Shown one piece after another: positions 13,402-25,600 of a DNA stretch of 64,000 bases. The translations under genes and the position numbers were made by a program. Below the pieces are notes generated by a model. That model saw only the letters and a list, made by a program, of their open reading frames with translations. It did not search any database and was not told the DNA's origin. Location of the stretch: assembly GCF_964204645.1 (NCBI RefSeq), contig NC_134026.1, positions 5,913,950 through 5,977,949 of the forward strand, in the 5' to 3' direction. The first letter of the stretch is position 1. The number at the start of each line of letters is the position of its first letter. The DNA is from Tubulanus polymorphus. Taxonomy: Eukaryota; Animalia; Nemertea.

Positions 13402-13680
13402 AAGCCGCGGGCACACAGAGACGATTTGGCCCGCGTCAAATTGGCCGGGATCAGGCCCACATCCTTTGGTCCGTGTCTAATAAGAGAGCGCGTTCACACG
13501 TAAACCAGTCACTCATTTTGAACTTGAACTCGAACTCGATACTAAATGCTTATTCAAAGCTAAGCGCGACACTCCCGGAACCAGTTGCATTTCGCACGCG
13601 ATAATTTGATCCGTGCTAAAATTTAGCTCGGACCTAGAACTGCGTTTTTTGGCCCGGACCAAAAACGCTGGTGCGATCGC
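13402..13680. repeat. Dispersed non-autonomous DNA-transposon-like repeat (reverse-complement relatives at ~21820-22113 and ~40890-41183)
   Basis: Collinear shared blocks such as GAGACGATTTGGC / GCCAAATCGTCTC and GAGAGCGCG..CACA.GTAAACCA. Confidence 0.6.
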
Positions 13681-14549
13681 GGCGAATATAGTTCTTCCAT
13701 TGTTAAAAGAACCTATGCAATAGCTGTATAGAATGTATGGTTGATTTTGCTGGGAAAATACAGTGATTTATATATAAATCACGCTCTACGTTCAAGAGTC
13801 CAGAATGCCACTTAATGACGGCTTTGTTCATAGCAAATTTGTTTTTGTTCGGGATTTTTAAACTTATACTGTACCAAAGCATATTGACCTCATGTGACTC
13901 AATATTATCTGAAAAGGGATTATTGGTGCTAAAACAATCGTTTGCAACACTGTGAAATATAGTTTTATCAGAGATATTTATGTAGTTATGCAGGGAAAAG
14001 GATGAATAAAATTAGATGTTTTAATACAATCAAAATTTGATTGAATATTCGAATCTACTGTTTTCTGTACTAATCAAGGATAGTTGTGACCCTCAAGCGT
14101 GCGAATTTGGAGGATGCAAAAAGTTAATGAAGTAAAAATCCACAATATAATGAAAGAAGGACGAAATGAGAAAACATTTATTTTTGAAAATTGGGCCGAT
14201 TACGTCAAATTCTCATCGAGTTTTTTTTTTTCATTATTGTGGGGTTTTACTTGATATCACACTTGTCTATGGAAAATTGAAAAAGCTGTAAAGAAGTTAA
14301 ATATTCCATAAGCTTATACAATACATGAGTGTATCGGCTATTATTCGTTCGCAATATTTTTTTGGGGAAAAAATATTTCTTTCGTCAAAGCGATCCACAT
14401 CATTTGTTCGATAGATATCCATATACCGGAGAAATACTAGTATCATTTTGTGCCTCACGCTATTGAAATATATGAAAAGAAATTGTGCAATTTATCATCG
14501 CGATAGCGCGTAAAGGTTTCCATTCTGATCAGAGAGATCGATCAATGTT

Positions 14550-14850
14550 CGTGATCGGACCAATAACGAGCGACGCACCTGTCTCCAACGTTTCGCGGCG
14601 TTTGCACAGCGCCTGTCCTCCAGATCTTTTATAATGCGAAAACATTGTGGAATATGCGAAATATTGAAAATATGACGTCACCGCCACGTGTCCCCAGCTC
14701 ATAAGTATAGCTGCGTGGTTATTAAACATCCCAACCCTCTGGTCCGCCATCCTGACGCTCGTCCTGCGCACGCATACACGTCCCGGCCGCAGAACAGCGA
14801 GATGAACAGTTAAAAGGATTCTTTTTTCTCGCGCGTACGAACGGTAAGTT
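14550..14850 (+). promoter_or_regulatory. Promoter-like CpG-rich patch with candidate non-coding first exon
   Basis: CCAAT (~14560), CRE TGACGTCA (14673-14680), E-box CACGTG (14685-14690), NRF1-like TGCGCACGCA (~14765), strong donor CG|GTAAGT at ~14844. No transcript evidence. Confidence 0.35.
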
Positions 14851-17800
14851 CTCAATTCAATTTGCAATAAGCGATTGATTATAAAACTAAAATTGAAAAA
14901 ATGAAAGTTCTCTTATTACTGTAGAGTGTTTATTATAAGTTTTTCGTAATTTCTCGTATAGCACCAAATCTTGTATACGTTAAAAACTTCTGAGAAACTC
15001 TGAGCCCTGCTGTCTCAGCTTGGGAGGGACTGGGCAAATATGTTAGGGTAGAATCATTTGATTCAGGTCACGTTGTTTGAAGATTGGATTTAGAAAATGT
15101 AAATGTGAAGATAAGAGAGAAATTTGAATTTCCCGCAATCAGATAACATATCGTTTCATTCGCGGGGTTATAGTTCGTACTTATCAGTCTGATAACTCCG
15201 AAGGCTCGTACAACGAACGCTCGTTTTTACACGAGTGAATGAAGAAATGACCGAACATATCTTCCGATAATATCGCCGATTGATGGGGATTTAATTGGAA
15301 CCGTTGTTTTGGTTTACATCAATAAATGATGGTTTGTGGAGTTAGTTGTTTAAGTATAACCGTGTATCTCAATAAAACACAGGATAGTGACAAAGATTCT
15401 TGCAAAGTATTTACCGGCAGAAAAAGTCCAGTTTTTATTGTGAAAAAACCAATGATTAGCGAGAAACAAGAGGTGCGCAAGATTTTATCGTTAGAATTTC
15501 GGCGGGAAACAAATAGATGACTTCTAAACCACGCACGATCCGCGATTCGAAGAGTATATGTGGAATGTTATTGAAACGGGATAAAGAACGATTCACGAAA
15601 TTTATCACGTGCAATCCGAGTTGGAACAAGCGCTCGCAAAATACAATGTATACAGAAATTAATATAAACGCACGCAGCTGTGTCATCTTTTAAAACAATA
15701 TAGTAGGTTGCATGTGCGCAGATCGATTTAATTTTCTGTTTTACTTGGCATTTTTACAAAATCTAGATTAGTTCAACAGCAAATCCCCTAGAATAAGATT
15801 GAAACCCAAACAGATTTAAAAGTTTTAAAATCAAAAATTTATTCGATCAAAAATTATCTAAAAGACACGACGTTTCAAACGGTCGAGAGATCACACCTGA
15901 TGATGATGATGAGGTATTCAGTGGATTTTACCTTGTGATCTTAGTTCTCCACGTTCGAGTGTGGTTATTCTGCCAAACCCTCTAGAAATGTTCACATAAT
16001 GCAGATATATTTATTCTCATAGACTTGAAATTTAAGTGTATGCATATAATTTATATATTGGGTCGGAAGCCATGTGGTGCGACTGAAGATCTACGAAGAA
16101 TTTTGCGTTGCACATGTTCTATACACGTATACCAAATATTGTAGAAATTTAGGAATGGAAACCGTATTGATCTTAGTGGAAAGTAAATGCCCACTTGTAG
16201 CTTGTCGGCATTGTTCTCATTTGAGAAAATAACAAGCTGTCTCACCGTGCGGCGATCCATTTTCAAGCACAATAGCACTAAACGCGTGTTCACTTGCACC
16301 TGTGACCGAATACACGCGTATCCCCGACGTCCTGCTCTTCTGGCTTATTGTGCGTGCCCGACCACCCGAAAGGTTTCGTCCAGGCGTGTATAAAAGTGTT
16401 GGCCCGCAAAAATAGTGTTTGTTCGTCGAGAATATTTCTTCTTTAACGACAGGGAAAGCTGGGTATAAATCTATAATAGTTCTTCGGGATGTTTCATTCT
16501 AAAATATCTGGCTCCAATATGTTTAATTCTAAGCCAACGAAAACGACGTCGCTTAAATTACATGTCCCGTTACTGAGGAAATAATTAGATGCCCGCGGAG
16601 GCTTCGACAATGGCGATTATAATTTCTCATTATTCCGCCCGGCTTTCGATAAGGGATAAAATATACCGACTGTGAATGGAAAATGATTGTTATTACGCTG
16701 GAAGACATTGATATTATTCCATTGTGTTGCGCGTCAGATAAATGAAATCTCTGAAACAATGGGAAACTCTTCGGCGCGACCCTTTTCACCGAACTAAGTA
16801 AATGCCTAATATCCGGTCGCGTGGAATCCCCGATCTGTTATTCTCAATCCGACCAGCGAAGTTTTCCTGATCCAACGTATTAAACGACAAAATGTAGTTG
16901 AATGTAATCATAAAATAGATTTCAGATGGGATGAGTCTGCGGGGAGCCTTTGTAGTTACATCTGACAGGTCACCATGATTCGGGTCTAAAAGTAAGATTG
17001 GTCTAGTTACGTATTTTCTGCTAGGCTGCTTCACGAGATTGTTTTAATACTGCGAACGAACATTAACCAAATTATTCTTCATTCTAATAATGCATTTTAT
17101 TGAATTTTATGAGTTTAGAGGTCAAACATATTTTGGTGTAATTGGACCCAGGACTTGGGCCGTGTTAACAGAGATGTTAAATTTTCTTGGAAAGATTCTT
17201 TGTTAATTCTGCTATTTGATAATCAATGAAAGCGTCTTTCTATGAAAATTACGACGGTTTATATTTCACATTTTTTGTAGTATCTGTAGGTACGAACGGT
17301 CTGTAGAAATCTATACGCGACTGTTTTTAGGGTGCGCTGCAGCTGTGTTCACGACGACAAGGCGACCGATGTTGAAAACGTTATTGAAAATGTTAATAGA
17401 ATAGGAATATCCCAAGTGAATCTAATACCGGGTTGGTGATCGCGATAATGCAGAGCCATTGTAAAATATGACACAGCTGCTACAAGTCGATAGTAGGAGA
17501 GCTTGGGTGACGTCTGGTGTTTCAATAATGTTATCTAGCTTATGCTTAATCATTGTTTCACTGCCGATGCGTGCGAGGTGGTGGATGTTACCACCGATTT
17601 CAGTCGCCGTGTTGTCCGAGAAGCGACTCGGTCGATTTCTCGACGTTTACTTCTACTCTTAAGAACGGAAAAGGATAATCTTATTCAAAAGATTTTTAGA
17701 TTTGGATACTCTTGAGAGAACCGCTATTTGTCACATCCGGACGAATGCCTCGGCCAATCGTTTCTAACTATGAAAGATCGGTGGGACTTTCGTTCGCTTG

Positions 17801-18242
17801 CCAGAATAGCAATAGCAGCAAAAGAGTCACTTGATAATTGGAACGGATACCAGTAATTGAATTCAAAATGTCACCGAAACCTTTGACATTTTAAATGTAG
17901 TAAGTATATATACATATATATATAGATTAAATTTTAGAACATTGCCGTAGCGTATTCCGTTGTCTGAATACCTTTACGGATGAGCATTGCGCCATATTTT
18001 CGACAATCTCCAAGTTTCGACTAAGCAACTCGAAATTTTGAATTAGTAAACCGAAATTTCGTCTTTAACCATAAATTTCCACTTAATGAGCGAAATTTCA
18101 CAAGGTCACAACGGGTTTTACATCAGTTTTACCGTTCTCTTCAAACCATAGGTTTAAACATTGCTGATATACGATACTGCCTTAGCATGCACGATGACGT
18201 CATTCCAAATTTCGAGTTTGAAAGTCTTTAAAAAAAAATCAA

Positions 18243-18303
18243 ATGGCGGCAAAGCTCTTCCGCCAAAACATACCAAAATCCTTTCAAATCTTAATTGAGG
18301 CCA
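18243..18303 (+). CDS. Candidate first coding exon (MAAKLFRQNIPKSFQILIEA), possibly the mitochondrial presequence of the CPS gene at 61932
   Basis: ATG lies in a YY1-like CAAATGGCGG with a palindromic CRE ATGACGTCAT ~45 bp upstream. Ends at a phase-1 donor CA|GTGAG matching the phase-1 acceptor at 61931/61932. Confidence 0.45.
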
Positions 18304-18580
18304 GTGAGCCATCGAGTGTATTACAAGATATGTGTTTTATTTTTTTAAACATTTAAGCGGCCAATCTACCGGTGATACGTGTGCATCGATTCACTCTGAT
18401 GAGTGGGGATGTAATCTTGAAAAAAATCTGCCGTGCTCCGTGCCCCAATTCTTCTAAACTCTAGCATAGAAAAAGATAAGCGTTTAAGACCCAGATTTAA
18501 TTTGAATATTTCTATTTCTTACAGTTCATATTGTCAGTAAGATAACTCTATCGGATTTTTTTTTCATCAGCATCGATTTT

Positions 18581-18865
18581 CAGAGGCGGATCCAGACGTA
18601 AGCACATGGAGCACGCGCGTAGCTTCCGTCAGTATTTTCCTGCGCCCTTTTAAAAAGAGACGGCAATTTTTCCACCCGTTACTATTGGAGCAGCTGCATA
18701 TAAAGACTTGGGCCTAGCTTATATTCTATTTTATGTCACTCAAGTGCCTGGAATCGCATGAAATGCACTTATATTTCCAGGATTTTCCAAAGCCTTACAT
18801 TTTTGACAGTATGTCCCTTTACTGCTTTGCGCTCCTGTCAACGTCTGCCCCGGGATCCGCTCCTG
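18581..18865. mobile_element. Non-autonomous CAG...CTG element with 5-bp TSD
   Basis: TIRs CAGAGGCGGATCC / GGATCCGCTCCTG. ATTTT duplicated (18576-18580, 18866-18870). Confidence 0.7.
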
Positions 18866-19930
18866 ATTTTGTACCATCCTGATCAGGACAGAGTTTAGAA
18901 AAAAAAATTATCCACATCGTCCGCGCCTGCGCGTAACTTAATCGTCTGCGGAGAGGTTGTGTTGATTTGAAAATTGATAATTCACAGGGGTTTGTTTGAG
19001 AAACCAGAAACTAAGACGAATTTTTATTGGGGAATTTTATCCGAAAAATTTTGCTCTAAATGCTTTATATAAGAAATATCTAAAATGTCCATCCCGAATG
19101 GAAAACCTGGTTTTCCTAGATCAACATCGAATTGGTTGTAAAATACGAACCGTTCCGACTGTTTATAATTTTTGGAAAATCAACGCTTCACCCTGCAAAA
19201 ACTTTCATCCGAAACGAATAATAAATCCAAAGTATTTTTTCATCTATATATATTTCATTCTAAACTAATCAACAAAAACAACAACATGTTATATGATTTC
19301 CTACATATCACCAGAAATGGTACATTCAAATCTTAAAGGGAAATACTATAACAACAGTCCGTTATTTAACAATACTGGATCGAAATTGGTACCTAAAAAT
19401 GGCCGTCTGAATCCACGGTTATCGGGTTCGAATCCCAATAAGATGTTACGTTGTTCATAAACATTACATTTTAGAAAGGTTGTAATAACTAATAAAAAGG
19501 TATAAAAATAGTAATTCGTGTACAAAATCATTGCTCAAAATACTAGATATAGATACTAGAGCAATCAGTTTTATTATCACAGAACTTGCGGAATACTTTT
19601 AATATTAACATTTTATCACTAACCCTGTTAAGCACCAGGATGTTATAAGTAGACACCATACTGTTCTATTCAATAAACTTCTCTTACAATTAATTAAAGC
19701 TTCTCTCCTTACAGAATATCACAGATGAACAAAAATGAGCTGTTTTGAGCTATATAGAATGCAATTAATGTACAAACAAAGGATATTAGGCAAAAAATGA
19801 TGCGTTGTTACTGTAATCGACCGGGTCACTTTTGTAAACTGCAATAAAATTATCACCATTTCATTCCTATAACTCACTGCCCGGTTATTGTAAGCTTGAT
19901 CACGAATTTGTGTGTAATGTACGTACAGGG

Positions 19931-20248
19931 CAGGGGCGGATCTAGGGGGGTGAATACGGTGGCTAGCCACCCCCTCAAATGCCTTCCAAAAAGTTATCAT
20001 AAGAGGCTTTTTCGTGTAAATAGCCTATCTCAAAGAAGATGAAATAAGAATGTTAGCTGCCTCAGAATCAGAACTCACAGTAGCGTTGTGACTATGTATT
20101 ATATACCAAGTATGCTACGAGCAATCATCGAGACAAGCTCCCCCGTCTCACGACCTTCGGTCGCTCGGACTTCGCCGCTGAGTGGCTCGCTAGTCGCAGT
20201 CTCTTCATTACGTTTTGTCAGCCAACCCCTTTGAAAAATCCGCCCCTG
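19931..20248. mobile_element. CAGGGGCGGAT-type MITE (duplicate at 39001-39318)
   Basis: TIRs CAGGGGCGGAT / ATCCGCCCCTG. Flanks CAGGG/CAGGT (4 of 5 match). Confidence 0.65.
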
Positions 20249-20855
20249 CAGGTTATAAAGCCGGCCTGCCCGATAAACTTTTAAGCTCGACAGAAATGAG
20301 AAACTAGGTATAAATTTGTTCTAGCCTAGCAGCGAATAGGCCTCCTCAAATTCTAACAGTTTTGAAGGTCCGTCTTAAAATTCACAAACCGTTCTCACGA
20401 GTGGTGACGTTAGGAATGATATTGGAAGAGTATCGTAATTGCATATTCTATCCATAATAATAATTTCGCCTCAGAAACAGGCTCAACGTGCAGCATTTTA
20501 TCTAATTAAAACTAACAACAGATCAGGTATTGGAGAATCAGGTCAGCCATGATTCGCTTTGAGCCTTTTAATCATCTTATTCACTCGCTCCCGATCTCGA
20601 CAATATACAATGTTACACATATATAAACACAATACACCGATCAATTCAATATCATCTGATGATCGTTTTATGGATTATTAATAATTTTGCAACAGCTGGT
20701 TCATCTTGAATAAACATCGCCCGGTTCGATGGAACTGTACTGTACTCCATGAAGGAGGTTACAAAAATCCTCTATCATTTTCGTCAAACGAATAGAGAGC
20801 ATCATTTAATACTGCGGTACGAATTTCAAGAGATTCAGCGGCGAAATCTCACAGC

Positions 20856-20958
20856 GGGACTCGTCACAATAGATAGCGAATGAATAAAACCAATATCCAA
20901 CGACCAACCAGTCATCGATGCTGGCTTTATTCATTCACTATCAATTGTGACAAGTCCC
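20856..20958. mobile_element. ~100-bp hairpin MITE (duplicate at 39926-40028; relatives at ~34054-34230 and ~51511-51687)
   Basis: TIRs GGGACTCGTCACAAT / ATTGTGACAAGTCCC extending into a long imperfect palindrome. Confidence 0.65.
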
Positions 20959-21249
20959 TGTGCAAAATCTAAGGGTCTTAACCATTTCTAGGGCCACAGG
21001 AAAATGCTTTTTTCCAGAATTTTCAACAAAATCATGCCATAATTTTTTTTACAGAAAATGCCTTTTTTCAGAATTTTCAACAAAATTATGCCTTATTTCA
21101 CAGAAAACGCCCTTTACAAGATTTTTTTTTCGATATGGATCACCCCTTTGTATACATGTCACATATAAGAGAACTGTAAAAGCATAAAATGAACTGTAGA
21201 AGTCTGACATTATAAGGTGGTGATTCTCATCATGGTGGAGAACGAATTT

Positions 21250-21396
21250 CAGGGCCGTACATAGCGGGGGCAGCTTCCAGAAATTTTTTATAAGTGCCCT
21301 TTTCGCGAATATTATTCCTACGTATATCCAACAGAATTGCCCTTTTTCGGGTTTCTCTCTTGTGCCCCCAAAATCCATACGCCAGGTACAGCCATG
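21250..21396. mobile_element. Short element with CAG/CAT termini and 5-bp TSD (duplicate at 40320-40466)
   Basis: TIRs CAGGGCCGTAC / GTACAGCCATG. AATTT on both flanks. Confidence 0.55.
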
Positions 21397-22676
21397 AATT
21401 TCGACCAGGAAATATCACCGTGACATATTTTCATTTAGTCAAATGTACCGAGAAATATTTACAAATCGATGACTCGTGCTTCGCCTCTCGACGTACCGGC
21501 AAAAATAAAAATAACGATCAATGACTGCACCGGAGTTCATGTAATCATATATATGCGTGCTATGGTTGCGCAGTCAGATATTTCAATTTGTGAAATTGAG
21601 AAATCGAATTCATACCGTAATGAAATAACTAATTAAGCGTAGTGCTTCAGCTCCTCGAGTTCACGGTGACAGCTGTCATCGATGCTAGATATATATATCG
21701 CGTCATCTGTGTTTTACATGTTTCGATAACCGGTAAAGATGGTGCCACCGGATAACGGGCAGACGCATTCATCGAACTTTATTCGGGTCACACAATGTCT
21801 GCCAGTATTCAAGACATCAGCCGTGATCACTCAAACAAATTTGGCCTGGAACAAACTGTTCACACGAATGAAAAATGGGCCTGAGCCTGTTTGGCCGGGC
21901 CCGAGCCAAATTTTAGCATGAGACAAATGATCGTGTTTGAATTGCAGCTGGTACCGGAATTGACCCACTTCCCTTTGTTTGAGCATTGTTTAGTATCGAG
22001 TGAGTGGTTTACATGTGAGCGCGCTCTCTAATTATAGGCACAGGCCAAATTTGGCTCCCGCCTGATCCGTGCCAATTTGGGCCATGCCAAATCGTCTCCA
22101 TGTGTTCGAGGCTATTAGTTTTCTTTTATTACGTATGCAGACAGAAAATTCCAAGCACCATGTATTTCATAGAATCTCTTCTCATGTTGGAGTTCTTTGC
22201 TCGGAAAATTGATTCGTTAAATAGTTCAATTTTTGAAGATAAGAATAGTCACAATTAATCTAACCCATCTGTAGAACATTCTGTCCTGTCCTTAACAATA
22301 AACTCAAACAATAACCGATTTGTAAATATCATATATCAACAAACCTCCCGAGTTTAACAGTAATCAGAGTTTATCAGATCCAACTTGAGCAGAGCCTATT
22401 CTAGAACGTAGATAGTGCATGCAGATCATTGGAGTATACTCAGAATTTTTTCCAACTGTAAAAAGTCAGTTTGAATTTCAACCCCTTGTCTGCCGTGCAC
22501 ATTCTTATGTATTAACAGAAATTCATAGACTTTATGAATTTTTGGTATTAACCATAGAGGGGAAAATCTAGACCCCTCCATCTCGTGCATAAACTAATAA
22601 ATGAACCAGATTGGCTCCTATAATCCTGGTGCTTTCTTTCATATTTTTGATGATTCCTGATAGAGTATCGCCAGTT

Positions 22677-25600
22677 TTAAGCGTTGCGCTCCTGATCTCT
22701 TTTGGTTTGTTCAACTGTCAGTTGATTGAATGCGTGTCGCAACACCTGAAATATAGAAAAAAAGAAGCAGACTGTTATGCAATCAAACAAGAACGAATCG
22801 CTGTTTTTCTATCTACGACGTACAATTCATTTAATTTATTCATTAAGCATTTTGGGGGCGAAGCACGATACAATAATTACTCTTATGTCTCCGATGAAAA
22901 ACCTGGCCCTCGCACACCCCACGAGCTTGTTAGTTCATCGTACATGTGCATAGCCGAATTGTGTATATAGACAATAGAAAATTATTCCAATATGGACAGC
23001 TGATTAAACAGCAAGTAAATCATCATTGCGACAACATGAATGTGCTCCCAATGGCTGCAAAAAAGCACTTATCTACTAAAAACTGTCAAAAAGTCTTACA
23101 TCAGCACTTAGAACATAACCTCTATGTTTTTAAGAAAATATATACATAATTACTGGCAGAAAAAATACATTCAACGAAGTTGAATGAGTGTTGGAGTAGT
23201 GAGGGTAAATATGGTTCCTCTTCTATTTTCGAAACCCCAAATAGTGCAATGGATGAAATCAATGCGAATATGAATTCCCAAATCGTCCCATTTTTTGACG
23301 CCGTACAAACCGTTACAATAATGTTTATATTCATTGATACCTAGTATGCGTAAGGGGCTGTGTGAATCGATGTACACTATGTCATCAATATTGGCATTTC
23401 AAAATAACAATCATAATTTTGCACTTATTTTGTGATTCAATATATTTCATAACTCTTATTATTCAAATTTTGGTATTTGTTTCTAGAGAGGATGTGCACT
23501 ACGTCATCAATATATCGGGGCTAGACTGGTTGCTAGTGAATTCAATTCAATTATCGTTATATTCAAATTCAAAATAACTTTATTGATCGATAATATTATG
23601 AATTCATATCATATTATTCATTGTCGACGATATTACGCAATATATGTGTTATTTTTCAATGTGTTAATAAACTTTCAAGTTGTCTTCTTCATTAATGATT
23701 TTCTCGAGCTAGCAAGTGGAGTGAAATATTAATGCGACTAATGACACCAGCGGTGACATTCATCATATAGGCCTACCTCGTCGGTATCACGAATTTCTGA
23801 TTGCAAATGATTCTTCTTGTGTTTCTCATGTTCTGGAGTTATAGGCAGACCGTACTGAGATGGCATCGGAACCTGAATCAAGGCAAAGATTTCGCAAATA
23901 TTTCATAAACTTCATATGGATAGTAGAATAACCACATTCAAATGTGGAGAGCAGATATTTAGACAAAAACCCACTATATACAGATTTAAAAAGTTTTAAA
24001 ATCGAGAATTCATTCAATCAAAAATTAATCAAAAAGCCACAAAGTTTCAAACTCTCAGTAGAGATCATTATCAGGTGTGAACGATGATCTCTAGTGTAAG
24101 TTTGAAATATCGGGTCATTTTAATAACTTTTAGATTGAATAAATTCTTCATTTAAAAAACTTTTAAAATCTAGAGTAGATCTAAAAGTAGAGGGTTAAAT
24201 CTGAAAATAGAGGGTTTTATTTTAGTTCATATTTACAATAAATTTTTAGTTTAAGGTGATTCAACGAAATGTTTGCTCTTTTTTTACCTCTTTGACTTTT
24301 TCCAAAAGACCGTGTGGTTGCACTATCACTTTTGGGAAATTTTCAGGTAAATGACTCAAGTGACTACAAAAAAATAAAATAATTTTACCATACAGCAATG
24401 AGTTTTTACAATAAGTCAAAAGTTTTATGTCAAATTCATTTCTGTATCAGTCTAGGTTTCTCAATAATGAAAAATATACAGACAAGTCATCACATTCTTT
24501 AAGTGGTCCTAATTTGAAGGCATTTCCAATTCAATTCTATGGACTTTTTATTTGGACTTCGTGTGAAACTGACTAAAGAAATAATGATCAAATCATGTCG
24601 ACAATATGACTAAGTAGACTTAATTCGACAAGTCAGGATACCTATGTTGATTTTTTGCGATATTGGTCTACCCGTAACAAAAATCAACAAACATATCTCG
24701 ACATTACAAGTAAAGTCGTGATAATTGATTTGACGGTATGGTAACATCGAGATATAGATATCGACATTGGTAAAAATTATGATCAGTATCACGATTGATC
24801 TTGATAAGTTATCACGATATCGAGATAATTGAGATAACGCGTTATATCGACTTAAATATATCGATAAATCGCGATATATCGTGTTTTGCCGAGATAATTT
24901 TATCATGATATTTTCTCTAGAGGGATTCACAAAAGTTCCCAATTCATTTCCGTACAATTCGCTAAACTTGAGTCGTCATGAAAATTTAGACAGGTTTCAA
25001 CGGGGACATTATGTCAGTGCGAAAATTCGAAATAAACCTACGCAATACAAGCTTCACTTTCCCCTTTCATTCTTTGTTCATACTCAGCAAATTCTTGTTG
25101 TCTCATTCTGCAAAACATAAATATACTCTTCTTACAGACCTGCCGACCTATCAATTACCACATCAGGGACTTGGACATTGTATTTTCTAGAAAGGATTTC
25201 TTCAAAGGTATATGGATGACCCTACCAAATGGCTGCCTTATCCGAGAAATGCTTTTTCTTTTCTTCTCGACCCCAGCCTGCCAATTTTCGTGGCTGCCTC
25301 AGATACACCCGGTACAGCATGATCGCTGCGATAAAATTTTCAATAAACAGGTTTTAAGACTTACAAGATTCGTCTCTGTAATAAAGCTATATCTTCCATC
25401 ATCACCTGTCGTTCATGATGTATTTGTTCATCGTGGATTTGTTTCGCAACATCTGCGATTGACTGGACATTTTCAATCAACGTTTTCTCCGTCTGTAAAT
25501 AAAAATAGTGGGATATATGCTAAGAATTCGAATATTTTGATTCTGATGGGAATTTATTTGGGCTGCCGTTGTGCGACAAACATGGAAAATGTTAAGATTT

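Noticed and set aside
24610-24957. 115-aa minus-strand ORF
   Set aside because: Arises from low-complexity GATATC/ATCGAT-rich intronic repeat DNA and is frameshifted in copy 2.
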